Shown: positions 28,740-39,072, numbered from the whole stretch's first letter. The stretch is DNA of 63,831 nt, filler included, from 6 parts of 6 records of this genome joined end to end with filler, not necessarily neighbours in it; one strand, 5' to 3'. Made by a program: numbers and translations. Notes: a model not told the origin generated them from the sequence alone.

Positions 28740-30149
28740 TTACCCTACCGGGCGGGTGAGATCGGGCAATTCGGCCAATTGGCCGATGGTGGATCTGATG
28801 CGCTGGAGGGCCCAGCGGAAACGGTCGTCGGACTGCTCGGATCCGAAGGTCAGGCGCAGATAGGGCGCCGGCTGGTGGTCCTTCGCCTGAAAATACCGGG
28901 ATGACAAGACCGAAATGCCCTGGTGTCCGAGCGCGTTCTGAAGCGCGTCGGGATCGACGGTTTCCGGCAGGCGCAGCCAGCCGAACACCTTGTTGACGTC
29001 GCTCTGCAGGAAATGCGGCGCGAGCAGTTCACGCGCCGCCAGGAACCTCGTGCGGTTTGCCTTGCGCTTCAGGCGCAGTGTCTTGAACAGATGTCCCTCG
29101 CGCACCCAGCCGGCAATCAGTTCTGCCGTGATGGGGGAGGCCATCCAGGTGCTTTCACCGATCTTGTTGCGAATGCTGTCACCGAAAGGCCCGGGCACAT
29201 GGACGAAGCCGATCCGGCTTCCGGGTGAACAGACCTTGGAGATACTGGCGATTGAGGCCGTGCGCTCCGGCGCCAGCGCACCGAAGGCGGGCAGGGCGTC
29301 CGGCAGAAAAGGCGTATAGGGATCGTCCTCGACGATCTTCAGGTCGAATTGCCGGGCAACCGCCACCAGATCCTGCCGTTCTTCGACAGACATGGTGTGG
29401 GTGGTCGGGTTCTGCATGTTCGGCATCAGGAACACGCCCTTGACACCATGCGTCTTCGCGGCCTGGGCAAGCGCTGCCGGATCCATGGCGCCAAAGCCGC
29501 CATCGGCCCGTATCAATGCGGGCAAAGGCACCGGCTTCAGGCCGATGCTGGCAAAGGAACTGAAGATTGACGGATAGGTGAACCGGTCGACGGCAACCGC
29601 ATCGCCCGGACGGAACAGGGCCTGGCAGGTGACCTGAATTCCGTGCTGCGCGCCACAGGTAACCGCGACCCGGTCCGGGTCGGCTTCCAGACCGTAGTCC
29701 TTGAAGACGAGAGCCCCGGTTTCGCGATGCGCCTTCAGCCCTTCAGACGGTACGAACCCGTTCAACCGGTCGATCCCCACCGTGCGCGCCATCCGCGTCA
29801 GCCCGTCGGAAAGACTCGGGTTGAGATGCGGATAGGCAAAGTTTCGCGCCAGATCGCAGGTTTCCGGCTCGTCTTCCTTCGGGGCAAGGGGCGAAACCTT
29901 CTGGGTTTCAGAGGCAATGTAGGTGCCTCGTCCGGTTTCTCCCTTCACCAGCCTGCGCCGCTCGGCTTCGCCGTAGGCACGGGTGATGGTGCCGAGCGTC
30001 ACGCCAAGCTGATAGGCAAGTTCACGCTGTGGCGGCAGCCTGTCGCCCTGGGCAAGCGCCCCGGTCTTGATGTCGGCTTCCAACGCGTCCGCGATCGCCA
30101 GATAGATCGGGCCACCGGCCGCTTCGATGTTCGGGATCCACATTGTCAT
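28740..30149 (-). CDS. MocR/GabR-family regulator (GntR HTH + PLP aminotransferase domain)
   Basis: GDRLPPQRELA, TITRAY, GRGT, QNPT, IVEDD, SISK. Confidence 0.93.
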   Translation of the reverse strand: MTMWIPNIEAAGGPIYLAIADALEADIKTGALAQGDRLPPQRELAYQLGVTLGTITRAYGEAERRRLVKGETGRGTYIASETQKVSPLAPKEDEPETCDLARNFAYPHLNPSLSDGLTRMARTVGIDRLNGFVPSEGLKAHRETGALVFKDYGLEADPDRVAVTCGAQHGIQVTCQALFRPGDAVAVDRFTYPSIFSSFASIGLKPVPLPALIRADGGFGAMDPAALAQAAKTHGVKGVFLMPNMQNPTTHTMSVEERQDLVAVARQFDLKIVEDDPYTPFLPDALPAFGALAPERTASIASISKVCSPGSRIGFVHVPGPFGDSIRNKIGESTWMASPITAELIAGWVREGHLFKTLRLKRKANRTRFLAARELLAPHFLQSDVNKVFGWLRLPETVDPDALQNALGHQGISVLSSRYFQAKDHQPAPYLRLTFGSEQSDDRFRWALQRIRSTIGQLAELPDLTRPVG

Positions 30150-30226
30150 GAGAACAATGTTATCATTGACTGATACAATACCTCAAGACAATTAATATCT
30201 CCGCTATTTTGTATCGATTGTATCGA
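30142..30226. promoter_or_regulatory. Probable MocR operator array
   Basis: ATTGT-N7-ACAAT (30142-30158), ATTG..ACAAT (30165-30179) and tandem TTGTATCGA x2 (30209-30226) between divergent mocR and lysE. Confidence 0.6.
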
Positions 30227-30255
30227 AACACTCGATGCTGTGTCTGGAGATACCC

Positions 30256-30852
30256 ATGGATTACGCCACGTTTCTCGCCTTCGCGGTGTTCGTCATCGTC
30301 ATGACCGGGACGCCCGGTCCGGGCAACCTGACCTTTCTGGCCATCGGCGCATCCGCAGGGTACCGCACCGCCTTTCCCGTGATTGTCGCCTCGCAGATCG
30401 GATCTTTGCCGCTCAAGCTCAGCGTTGCCTATGGCCTTGGCCATGTGATGGCCGGAGGCGGCACGGTGGTGACTGTCTTCAAGGTGCTGAGCATGGCCTA
30501 TATGACCTATCTTGCCTGGCGGATCGTTTGTCTCAGCGTCAAGCCGAAGGGCGAGGTCGCGCTACCCAGTTTCTGGGAAGGATTGCTGATACACCCGCTC
30601 AGCCCGAAAACCTGGGCCATGAACCTGGTCGCCTTTTCAACCTTCCTGGCCGGCAACGGGCTCGGGATACACGAAAACGCGATGATCCTGGTGGCGGGCT
30701 TTACCCTTGGCGGGATGGTGTTTCATTCCCTTTGGGCCCTGGTTGGCGTGTCGATTCTCGCCCTGATCGGCGAAGGCCCGCTCATGCGAGCCATTACGGT
30801 GACCATGGCAATCGCCATGTTGGCGGCGACTGTTTGGGCATTGCTGATCTGA
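30256..30852 (+). CDS. LysE/RhtB-family exporter
   Basis: TPGPGN, YLAWRI, PLSPK motifs; hydrophobic. Confidence 0.9.
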   Translation: MDYATFLAFAVFVIVMTGTPGPGNLTFLAIGASAGYRTAFPVIVASQIGSLPLKLSVAYGLGHVMAGGGTVVTVFKVLSMAYMTYLAWRIVCLSVKPKGEVALPSFWEGLLIHPLSPKTWAMNLVAFSTFLAGNGLGIHENAMILVAGFTLGGMVFHSLWALVGVSILALIGEGPLMRAITVTMAIAMLAATVWALLI

Positions 30853-30865
30853 GGCTGCATGTCAG

Positions 30866-31579
30866 TCAATAAACAAACGGGATGAACTTGCGCGTGCTGG
30901 CTGCATAGGCGTCGAATTGCGGGCCATATCTCCGCGAAAGATAGGCATCGAGCGCCGGGATATGAAAGACCACGAAGGAAACCGCCATGAATGCCGGAAC
31001 GGCAAGTGCCGCAAGATTGTGGGTGAGCAGAGCCCAGCCTGTGAACAGCACCGTGTCGCCGAAATAGTTGATATGCATCGATGAGGCGAAAAGGCCCCCG
31101 GTGTAGCATTGACCGTGATGGGCGGGATTACGTTTCCACCACTTGCGCTGCAGTTCCGACCAGCTGTTGAGAAGCGAACCGCCGACCACCATTGCAAGCG
31201 CCACACCATCGAGAACAGAGAAGGGTACGGCGGCCTGCCGAAAGGCGCCGCTGCCGAGCAACAAAAAGCCGATTTCGAAGAAGGCGATGAAGGCCCCCAG
31301 TCCAAAGACCTCCGGAAAAGCCACCTTCCGGGCAAGCAGGTAGAACAGGGTCAACATATGGCGGGCAAAATAGAGCAGAGTGCAGGCAAGCAGGAGCAGA
31401 CCACGCTGCGGATCGGCGAGGGTGAGTTCCAGCCCGAACCAGGCACCGACCCGTACCCATCCACCGCCCAGAAGAAGCCAGATGCTTAAGAGCACACAGA
31501 TGAGGTGAAGTGCTGCGAAGACACATTTTTGCAGCAGGGACCTTTCGTGCTCGCGGCTCACGCCTCCGGATTGCGCCAT
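30866..31579 (-). CDS. DUF1295 / steroid 5-alpha-reductase-like membrane protein
   Basis: ELQRKWWK, TGGLF, HINYFGD, Y..Y...T.KFIPFVY. Confidence 0.82.
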   Translation of the reverse strand: MAQSGGVSREHERSLLQKCVFAALHLICVLLSIWLLLGGGWVRVGAWFGLELTLADPQRGLLLLACTLLYFARHMLTLFYLLARKVAFPEVFGLGAFIAFFEIGFLLLGSGAFRQAAVPFSVLDGVALAMVVGGSLLNSWSELQRKWWKRNPAHHGQCYTGGLFASSMHINYFGDTVLFTGWALLTHNLAALAVPAFMAVSFVVFHIPALDAYLSRRYGPQFDAYAASTRKFIPFVY

Positions 31580-31637
31580 GAATACTCCTTCGATCCGACA
31601 GCTCGATTTTTTGAGCTTGTGGACCGTCAATTTATTT

Positions 31638-31713
31638 TCGTCCAACTGGACTAAAAAGAGATCTAGACGACGCACCTTCAGGTGGTCAATATGTTTATCG
31701 ACCAACTGGACGA
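31638..31713. promoter_or_regulatory. Twin palindromic TetR-type operators
   Basis: TCGTCCAACTGGACTA (31638-31653) and TCGACCAACTGGACGA (31698-31713), 60 bp apart, in the divergent intergenic region. Confidence 0.7.
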
Positions 31714-31717
31714 AATA

Positions 31718-32245
31718 ATGCCGAAACAGATCGATCACGAGGCCTACCGGCTGGAACTTGCGCGCAGGGCTGCGCCGCTTTTTTCCGAACTCGGCTACTC
31801 CGGCCTTGGCATGCGCCGCGTTGCGGAAGCCCTGGGATTGTCGAAAAGCGCGCTCTATCACTACTTTCCAAACAAGAAGAGCCTGTTCCTGGCCTGCACC
31901 GAAACAGTCATGGCGCAGATGACGTCAGAGGCCGGCGCGAATGATGCTTCACAGGTGCCCGCGTCAGCACTGGTTGACTTTGCCCGGAGCTTGGAGCCTG
32001 GATTTGCAGCCGAAATCTCGCTGCTGTTCGACTACCTGCGCGGCAAGACGGGGGAAGAAATCGCCAGTGACCCGGCAATGAAGCTCGCCAACGACCAGCT
32101 GCGCGGGCACGTTCAAAGCCTGGCGGGGAGCGAGGCGGCCGACAGCGTGCTGTGCCTTTTGATGGGCACCTTGCTGATGCGCCATTTCACCGGCGGCACG
32201 CTGGATTATGAGACCATTCTGCCGGCGCTCAAGAAACTGACCTGA
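31718..32245 (+). CDS. TetR/AcrR-family regulator
   Basis: MPKQIDH, GY.G.GMRRVAEALGLSKSALYHYFPNK HTH. Confidence 0.93.
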   Translation: MPKQIDHEAYRLELARRAAPLFSELGYSGLGMRRVAEALGLSKSALYHYFPNKKSLFLACTETVMAQMTSEAGANDASQVPASALVDFARSLEPGFAAEISLLFDYLRGKTGEEIASDPAMKLANDQLRGHVQSLAGSEAADSVLCLLMGTLLMRHFTGGTLDYETILPALKKLT

Positions 32246-32269
32246 CCGGAGGCACTGCGTGAAGCGAGA

Positions 32270-32300
32270 CAGATCCGGCAGCATGCGCCTGCCGGATCTG
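32270..32300. terminator. Hairpin between convergent genes
   Basis: CAGATCCGGCAG-N7-CTGCCGGATCTG, perfect 12-bp stem. Confidence 0.55.
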
Positions 32301-32356
32301 CCCGACCGGCCACAGGGGAGACCGCGGCCGGGTGAAGGTCAGGCAGCGGGTAAACT

Positions 32357-32593
32357 CTACCGCTGCAGGTCCTTCAGTTCCTTTTGCCAACGCGCCTCGA
32401 ACGACGTTTCATGCGGGTTGGGGCCAAGCCCGATATCCCGGCGCAGCTCGTCCGGCAGATGAGCCACGTTCACACGCTTGCGGCCACGGGTTGCCATCTT
32501 TGCGAACAGAGAACCGATAAGCGACCTTAATGAAAAGCCCAAGTCTTGCTGATGGGTCGCGCAGCCCGATTTCGTCTGGGAGGGCCTGAACAC
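32357..32593 (-). CDS. Small DUF1127-like protein
   Basis: HLPDELRRDIGL motif; AGGAG RBS upstream of a GTG start; divergent from a LysR gene. Confidence 0.65.
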   Translation of the reverse strand: MFRPSQTKSGCATHQQDLGFSLRSLIGSLFAKMATRGRKRVNVAHLPDELRRDIGLGPNPHETSFEARWQKELKDLQR

Positions 32594-32667
32594 GTCTATA
32601 ACTCCTGTTTCTTGTGAGTTACATATCGGCGGGTTCCGGTTGTCTTACCAACGAAAATTCGATAGAC

Positions 32668-32690
32668 ATGCATAAGGGAGACTTATGCAT
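32668..32690. promoter_or_regulatory. LysR recognition site
   Basis: Perfect palindrome ATGCATAAG-N5-CTTATGCAT containing T-N11-A, overlapping the LysR start codon. Confidence 0.7.
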
Positions 32691-33615
32691 GTCAGTGAAT
32701 TTGCCACCACTTTCCGCAATCCGGGCCTTTGAAGCTGCAAGTCGGCACCTGAGTTTTACCAAGGCCGGCGACGAGTTGGGCATGACCCAGGCGGCCGTCA
32801 GCTACCAGATCAAGATCTTGGAAGATCGTCTCGGCTTTCAACTGTTCACCCGCAAGGCCCGCAAGATCGAGCTGACCGACAATGGCGGGCAACTGGCGGC
32901 GCGGGTGGTGGATGCGTTCTCCTCGCTTCGCAGTGCCTTCGAGGATATTTCCGAAAAGAACGCCGGCCAGCTTGTCGTTTCCAGCAACACCACGTTTGCG
33001 GTCAACTGGCTGTCAAACCGTCTGTTCGAGTTCCAGATGCAGAACCCGGACGTGGGCGTGCGCATCGTTCCATATGGCCCGCATGCTGAACCGGAGTTCA
33101 ACGAATCCGACGTCGTGATCTCCGCCTGCAAGGCCCCTCCGAAAAACTGGCTCGCCCATGAAATCGTGCGCGCGGACTTTACGCCGATGCTGAGCCCGAA
33201 GCTTGCGGACACGATCGGCGGCGTCAAAAAGCCCGAGGACATTCTGAAATTGCCGCTGGTCGATCCGCAGGACCCGTGGTGGCAGATGTGGTTCGAGGCA
33301 GCGGGACTGCCGAATGTCGACCTGAGCGGTCACCCTAGCTCGCGCATGGGGTCACAGGCGCTCGAGGCCAACCGGGCGATTGCAGGACAGGGCGTCGCGA
33401 TCCTGACCCCCTATTTCTGCAAGACCGCCCTTGAAAACGGCCAGCTGATCCAGCCGTTCAAGCTGACCTGCCATGCCGATGACGAAAGCTGGTACATGAG
33501 TTACCCGCCCGCCCTGCGCACCAGCCGCAAGGTCCGCCTGTTCCGCGACTGGGTTCATGCGGAACTGAAGCGCGACGGCATGCCCGTCACCGCGCCGATG
33601 GCAGTGGTTGCCTGA
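32689..33615 (+). CDS. LysR-family regulator, GcvA/AmpR-like
   Basis: LPPLSAIRAFEAASRHLSFTKAGDELGMTQAAVSYQIK. Confidence 0.93.
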   Translation: MSVNLPPLSAIRAFEAASRHLSFTKAGDELGMTQAAVSYQIKILEDRLGFQLFTRKARKIELTDNGGQLAARVVDAFSSLRSAFEDISEKNAGQLVVSSNTTFAVNWLSNRLFEFQMQNPDVGVRIVPYGPHAEPEFNESDVVISACKAPPKNWLAHEIVRADFTPMLSPKLADTIGGVKKPEDILKLPLVDPQDPWWQMWFEAAGLPNVDLSGHPSSRMGSQALEANRAIAGQGVAILTPYFCKTALENGQLIQPFKLTCHADDESWYMSYPPALRTSRKVRLFRDWVHAELKRDGMPVTAPMAVVA

Positions 33616-33714
33616 GGACACCCGGCCCCCAACCCAAGCTTCCGGATCATGAAAAAGCCCCGGCCATCCATCGGACGACCGGGGCCAATTGCTTTTCGGG
33701 CACCAAGGCTTGCC

Positions 33715-34011
33715 TTACGGCGTGAACACGATGGTCTTGTTGCCGACAATCATTACCCGGTTTTCCAGGTGATACTTGACGGCACGGGCCAGCACGCGGG
33801 ATTCGATGTCGCGGCCACGGGCGACGAAATCGTCCGCGGAGAGCGCATGGCTTACCCGTTCGGCGTCCTGCTCGATGATCGGGCCTTCATCGAGATCCGG
33901 CGTCACATAGTGAGCGGTGGCCCCGATCATCTTGACGCCGCGAGCATGCGCCTGGTGATAGGGTTTTGCACCCTTGAAGCTCGGCAGGAAGGAGTGGTGG
34001 ATGTTGATGAT
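33715..34011 (-). CDS. purU: Formyltetrahydrofolate deformylase (5'-truncated)
   Basis: [44 protein letters not shown]. Confidence 0.95.
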   Translation of the reverse strand: MINIHHSFLPSFKGAKPYHQAHARGVKMIGATAHYVTPDLDEGPIIEQDAERVSHALSADDFVARGRDIESRVLARAVKYHLENRVMIVGNKTIVFTP

Positions 34012-34111
34012 NNNNNNNNNNNNNNNNNNNNNNNNNNNNNNNNNNNNNNNNNNNNTTAATTAATTAANNNNNNNNNNNNNNNNNNNNNNNNNNNNNNNNN
34101 NNNNNNNNNNN
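34012..34111. other. Artificial contig-joining spacer
   Basis: N-run + TTAATTAATTAA + N-run. Confidence 0.99.
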
Positions 34112-34411
34112 AGGGCTGTGAGCCCTGATTCTACGGGGCTTGTAGTTTCAAGTCAAAAAACTTCAGCGGACTGTAATGACGCGTGAATGCAGCCTGCCAG
34201 ACAGACCCAAATGTTTGAGCCTCCAGACGCCGAGACAAACAAAAAACTCAAAAAGCCTGAGGGAGGAGCCCGGCGACGAACTCAAAGCGCTCAAGGTGGA
34301 ATGTGGTGACGGAATTCGAAAATTTTGGGGGCGGCGGACCGTCAAACATCGCAGGCTATGCTGCATGAGAGCGGGCCGTCCTGAATTTTGTGGACCATTA
34401 AAACTGCTTGC

Positions 34412-35500
34412 ATGACACTGCTGATCGTTTTTGTTGTAATTGCCCTGGCATTCTCCTTTTTCTGCTCGATAGCCGAGGCGGTGCTGCTTAGCCTGAGCCC
34501 AAGTTACGTGGCCACACTGGAGGCGCGCAACCCGAAGGCGGCCAGACGGCTGGCGGCGCTAAAAGACAATGTGGACCGGCCGCTGGCGGCAATTCTTAGT
34601 CTGAATACAATTGCTCACACCATCGGCGCGGCGGGCGCAGGCGCCCAGGCGGCTTACGTGTTTGGCGATGCGTGGCTGGGGGCGGCCTCGGCGATTCTTA
34701 CACTGCTGATTCTGGTGTTTTCTGAAATTATTCCCAAAACTCTTGGGGCTGTGCACTGGCGCAAACTGGCGCCGTCGATCGGCGCGGCGCTGGACTTCCT
34801 GGTTAAGATTCTGCTGCCTTTTGTGTGGCTGTCGGAATTCATCACGCGTAATATCGGCAGCAAAAAGAAGTCGCGCGTTTTTGATAGGGACGAGTTCACG
34901 GCGCTGGCGGATATTGGCGAACGTGAGGGCGAGCTGCAAGGGCGCGAATCGGTGATTCTGCGCAATCTGCTGCGCTTTTCTTCGGAAAATATTCGCAGTA
35001 TTATCACGCCGCGTCCGGTAGTGTTCACGCTGCCGCGCGAGCTGACGGTGGCGGAATTTGTTCAACAGCACATGCACGTCTCGTTTTCGCGGATTCCGCT
35101 TTACGCAGATAACCAGGACCATATTATTGGCTTTGTACTGCGGCGCGATGTTCTGCAGGCTTACGTTCGCAAACAGCATGAGCGGCCACTGGTCGACTTC
35201 TGCCGTGAGCTGCGCGCGGTGCCCGACAACCTGCCGCTGATGAACCTGTTTAACCTGCTGATGCGCGAGCGGCAACACATCAGCCTGGTACAGGACGAAT
35301 ACGGTGGTTTTGCCGGCATCGTCACACTCGAAGACCTGATCGAAACGCTGCTCGGCATGGAAATCGTGGATGAGCAGGATACGACAGTCGATATGCAGGC
35401 CCTGGCACGCAAACGCTGGCACCGCAAAGCGAGCCAGATGGGAATTGATCTGGAGACCGAAGATGGTCAGGGACTGACGCCTGACAGCTCTGCTGAGTAG
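34412..35500 (+). CDS. CNNM (DUF21) + CBS-domain transporter, CorB/hemolysin family
   Basis: SFFCSIAEAVLLS, ILSLNTIAHTIG, SEIIPKT, FSRIP, DEYGG..GIVTLED.IE.LLG.EIVDE. Confidence 0.92.
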   Translation: MTLLIVFVVIALAFSFFCSIAEAVLLSLSPSYVATLEARNPKAARRLAALKDNVDRPLAAILSLNTIAHTIGAAGAGAQAAYVFGDAWLGAASAILTLLILVFSEIIPKTLGAVHWRKLAPSIGAALDFLVKILLPFVWLSEFITRNIGSKKKSRVFDRDEFTALADIGEREGELQGRESVILRNLLRFSSENIRSIITPRPVVFTLPRELTVAEFVQQHMHVSFSRIPLYADNQDHIIGFVLRRDVLQAYVRKQHERPLVDFCRELRAVPDNLPLMNLFNLLMRERQHISLVQDEYGGFAGIVTLEDLIETLLGMEIVDEQDTTVDMQALARKRWHRKASQMGIDLETEDGQGLTPDSSAE

Positions 35501-35797
35501 AGAAACCATTTCCAGATTTTTGCTGAAGTCGAAGTTCTGCTCTCGTGGAGCTGGGGCCGTGGGGATTTCTCCCGTCAGGCAATCTGAATGCAATTGACTG
35601 ACGGGTTTTGACTGATTCTGCGACCTGACTACGACCATTTCTGTTAAACATATTTTGCCGCGGCATGAAAAAACGCGATTTTCGCTAAGGTGAGCCGTGG
35701 TTATACGGCCTGTGCAGCGGGCAATCGTTGCATAAATCGCTGCATGCCAGTGCCGGAACTCCTCCAGATGTACGCTTCTCAAATCGGACCTCCTTCT

Positions 35798-37156
35798 ATG
35801 AAAGTCTCTGCCTGCCTGAGCGCAACCCTGCTTGGTGTTGTTTTGTTTTTATCCAGCTGTGGTGACAAGCAAGAAGAATCGCCGGCAAACGATGCAGCCG
35901 CTTCAACGGACCTGGCTGATGTGGACGCAAGGACCAACACTTCGGCCAGCCTGATGGTCCCGCGGCCGCCATCGACCAGCACGATCAGCGTGCCGGCGGG
36001 CAAGGGTTCGCCGGAGGCCAAACTGCGTGTGGAAAAAGCGCGCACGGAAGCGGCCAATTTTCCGGATAGCAGTGAAGTGATTATCGACCTAGGTGAAGCC
36101 CTGCTAGATGAAGGCAGTACGGCTGAAGCTGTGGAGCAGTTTGAAGAGGCATTAAAAAACGATGATACGGCAGTTGATGCCATGCTGGGCCTGGCGCGCG
36201 CAGCCATAACTAATTCGGAATTTAACGCAGCCATCAAACACATCAACGCAATCATGGCGCTGGACCCGGATAATGCGGCCGCGTACAACGAATGGGGCCG
36301 CGCGCTCTATAACAATGGAGATACGCGCGCCGCGCTGGATAAACATCGCCGCGCGCTGGAGATCGACTCAAACTTCACCGATGCGCGCATGAACCTTGGG
36401 ATTGCATTAAATGCGCGCGGCAAACGCCAATCGGCTATCAAAGCCCTGCAGCGCGCCGTGACTGAAACGCCCCAGAATTACCTGGTGCACTACAACATGG
36501 GCATTGTGCTGAAAGACGCCAACAACAACCCACGCGCGCTGGACTACCTGAAACGCAGCACTGAGTTAAAGCCGGACTTTTTCCCCGCTTATGTGGAGTG
36601 GGGTAACTCCCTGATGAATATGGGCGCCTTTGAACAATCTATAGTCCAGAGCCGCAAAGCGATTGACATTAATCCGCAGTGCGACCGCGCTTACCTCAAC
36701 TGGGGTGTGGCGCTCTACAACATGGGACAGCTGGAAGCGGCCGTTGATAAATACAACAAGGTCCTGGAAATCAATCCGAATTTTGCGTTCGCCTATAACA
36801 ACCTGGGGTATACGCTGACGGACCTGGAGAAATATGATGAGGCCATTAAGCAGTTCCGGCAGGCGATTGGCCTGGACCCGCAGAATGCGATTTTCTATAA
36901 TAATTGGGGCCGCGCGCTCAACGGTCAGGGCAAGTTTAACCTGGCTATCGAGAAAATTTCCTATTCTCTAAAATTGGCTCCAAGCAACCCGTTTGCATAT
37001 ATGAACTGGGCCGACGCCCTCCTGGGCCTTGGTGATAAAGCCGAGGCGCGCCGCAAGTTGTTTGCAGTTATCAAGATGGATCCCAAACGCCTGGGACCAC
37101 TTGCTCAGGCCAAGATCAATGACATCAACCAACGCGATGCCCAGCAAAGCGAATAA
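35798..37156 (+). CDS. TPR-repeat lipoprotein
   Basis: Lipobox LSSC; about ten 34-aa TPR-type repeats (AYNEWG, AYLNWG, AYNNLG, FYNNWG). Confidence 0.88.
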   Translation: MKVSACLSATLLGVVLFLSSCGDKQEESPANDAAASTDLADVDARTNTSASLMVPRPPSTSTISVPAGKGSPEAKLRVEKARTEAANFPDSSEVIIDLGEALLDEGSTAEAVEQFEEALKNDDTAVDAMLGLARAAITNSEFNAAIKHINAIMALDPDNAAAYNEWGRALYNNGDTRAALDKHRRALEIDSNFTDARMNLGIALNARGKRQSAIKALQRAVTETPQNYLVHYNMGIVLKDANNNPRALDYLKRSTELKPDFFPAYVEWGNSLMNMGAFEQSIVQSRKAIDINPQCDRAYLNWGVALYNMGQLEAAVDKYNKVLEINPNFAFAYNNLGYTLTDLEKYDEAIKQFRQAIGLDPQNAIFYNNWGRALNGQGKFNLAIEKISYSLKLAPSNPFAYMNWADALLGLGDKAEARRKLFAVIKMDPKRLGPLAQAKINDINQRDAQQSE

Positions 37157-37904
37157 TACACTGAGTCAGGACAAAACGGCTGCAAACCCCGCTGCGCAAG
37201 CGGGCGGCCGCGCGTTTCCGTCAACACGCATGACGATGCTGCTTGCATTACAATCTGAAGACGCAGGCACGCGCCGTCTGGCGCTGGACGTGTTCCTGCG
37301 CGTGTACCGCCAGCCGATATATCACTACGTGCGGCAGCATTGGCACTACGAGCACGAAGACGCTGAGGACCTGACACAAAACTATCTTACGCGCGTCCTT
37401 GAACGCGATATTCTGGACGGATATGACCCGGCGCGCGCGCGTTTCCGCACTTACGTGCGCATGTGCCTGGATCGCGAAATCCTCAAGCAGCGCGAAGCCG
37501 CCGGACGCATCAAGCGCGGCGGCACGGCCCAGCACATTCCCATTGACGCAGCGCCGGAAAAAAGCGGCCACGACCCCGACAAAGTTTTTGAGCGCGAGTG
37601 GACGCGCAGCTTGTTTAGCGAAGCGCTGGAACGCACGCGCCATTACTATGGCAAAAACGACAAGGTGCAACGCTTTGACGTCTTTGTGCAGCATGACATC
37701 GATCCCCCCGCAGACTCCAGTCCAAGTTATTCAGAGCTGGCGCAATATGCGGGCGTGAGTGTGACAACAATCACCAACTGGCTGGCGGCGGCGCGGCGTG
37801 CCTTCCGGCGTGAGCTGCTGGACAGCCTGCGCGAAATCTGCGCCGACGAGCAAGACTTCCTGGAAGAAAAACACCGCCTGCTGGCCGGAACTCAGCACTA
37901 TTAA
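37137..37904 (+). CDS. ECF-type RNA polymerase sigma factor (kinase-associated type)
   Basis: FPSTR N-motif, Y..PIY.YVR, DAEDLTQ, RFRTY, KRGG, FEREW, region 4 YSELA...GVS; start uncertain. Confidence 0.85.
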   Translation: MPSKANNTLSQDKTAANPAAQAGGRAFPSTRMTMLLALQSEDAGTRRLALDVFLRVYRQPIYHYVRQHWHYEHEDAEDLTQNYLTRVLERDILDGYDPARARFRTYVRMCLDREILKQREAAGRIKRGGTAQHIPIDAAPEKSGHDPDKVFEREWTRSLFSEALERTRHYYGKNDKVQRFDVFVQHDIDPPADSSPSYSELAQYAGVSVTTITNWLAAARRAFRRELLDSLREICADEQDFLEEKHRLLAGTQHY

Positions 37905-37930
37905 CCCTTTTGCCCGGAGTGTAAAAATCT

Positions 37931-38953
37931 ATGCTACACGACGCGGCTTTGGCTCGCCTGCAAACTTCGATCTCAACTCCCGACTTAGATTCGACGCCCT
38001 ATGAACTGATTGGATCAATTGGCAGCGGCGGCATGGGCAGCGTATATGAGGTGCGGGACACACGCCTCAACCGCAAGGTAGCGCTCAAAGTCCTGCATGA
38101 CCCAGATTCAGATAACGTGTTCGAGCAGCGCCTGCGACGCGAGGCACAGATAGTCGGTGCCCTGGAACATCCGGGCATCGTCCCACTGTACGACATAGGC
38201 CGGCTGGCGGATGGGCGGCTGTATTACACGATGCGCCTGGTTAAGGGCCGCACACTTGATGACTGGTTGGCTACAGACCAGGGCCTTCCGGCGGCGCTGC
38301 GTGTATTCCTGACTATTTGCCGCACGGTGGCGTTTGCGCATGCGCGCGGCCTGATTCATCGCGATCTGAAACCCGACAACATCAAGGTCACAGAATTTGG
38401 TGGTGTGTATGTTCTGGACTGGGGAGTCGCCAAGTTTTTGGACGGCCGCCGGCCCGAAGACTCTGAGCCTGATAGCCCCACAGGCGCGCATTCCAGCCAT
38501 CAGCCCGCCAACCCCAAACTGACATCCGCTGGACTGCTGCTCGGGACGCCCGACTTTATGCCGCCGGAACAGGCTGCGGGCCGCGCCGAGGCACATGACA
38601 AACGCAGCGACGTCTGGGCATTGGGCACAATCCTGCAGAAACTGGTGGAAAACAATCCCGGCAAGCTGCGCCTGCCGCTGCGGCGCATGGGACAGCGTCC
38701 TGCCGTTTTACATGCCATCATCAATACGGCACGCGCGCAGGCAGCAGATGAGCGTTATGCCGATGCCGCCGAAATGGCCGCCGAAATCGAAGCACTGCTG
38801 GATGGGCGGCAGGTGCGCGCCTATCGCGAAAACTTCATGGAAAAGCTGCTGCGGCTGGCGCATAAACATCGTTTTGTGCTCGGCCTGCTTGCAATGTATT
38901 TTCTTGTGCGCATCATTCTGTACATTCTTGCTTTTTTTGCGGCACCCAGTTAA
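37931..38953 (+). CDS. Hanks-type Ser/Thr protein kinase with a C-terminal TM helix
   Basis: GSGGMGSVY, VALK, HRDLKPDN, DWG, GTPDFMPPEQ, SDVWALG; hydrophobic C-terminus. Confidence 0.93.
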   Translation: MLHDAALARLQTSISTPDLDSTPYELIGSIGSGGMGSVYEVRDTRLNRKVALKVLHDPDSDNVFEQRLRREAQIVGALEHPGIVPLYDIGRLADGRLYYTMRLVKGRTLDDWLATDQGLPAALRVFLTICRTVAFAHARGLIHRDLKPDNIKVTEFGGVYVLDWGVAKFLDGRRPEDSEPDSPTGAHSSHQPANPKLTSAGLLLGTPDFMPPEQAAGRAEAHDKRSDVWALGTILQKLVENNPGKLRLPLRRMGQRPAVLHAIINTARAQAADERYADAAEMAAEIEALLDGRQVRAYRENFMEKLLRLAHKHRFVLGLLAMYFLVRIILYILAFFAAPS

Positions 38954-39072
38954 AGGATCCGGCGCAAGCGCGGTACAGAAGAATAGACAGTCAAGTAAAC
39001 AATCTATTCTATCTACGGGCGGCGCTTGTTCCAACACATGCAGAAGCCTGAAATTGCAAAGGGAAAAACGCT

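Noticed and set aside
36100..37080. ~102-bp periodic similarity
   Set aside because: Explained by TPR protein repeats; not a CRISPR array or DNA repeat element
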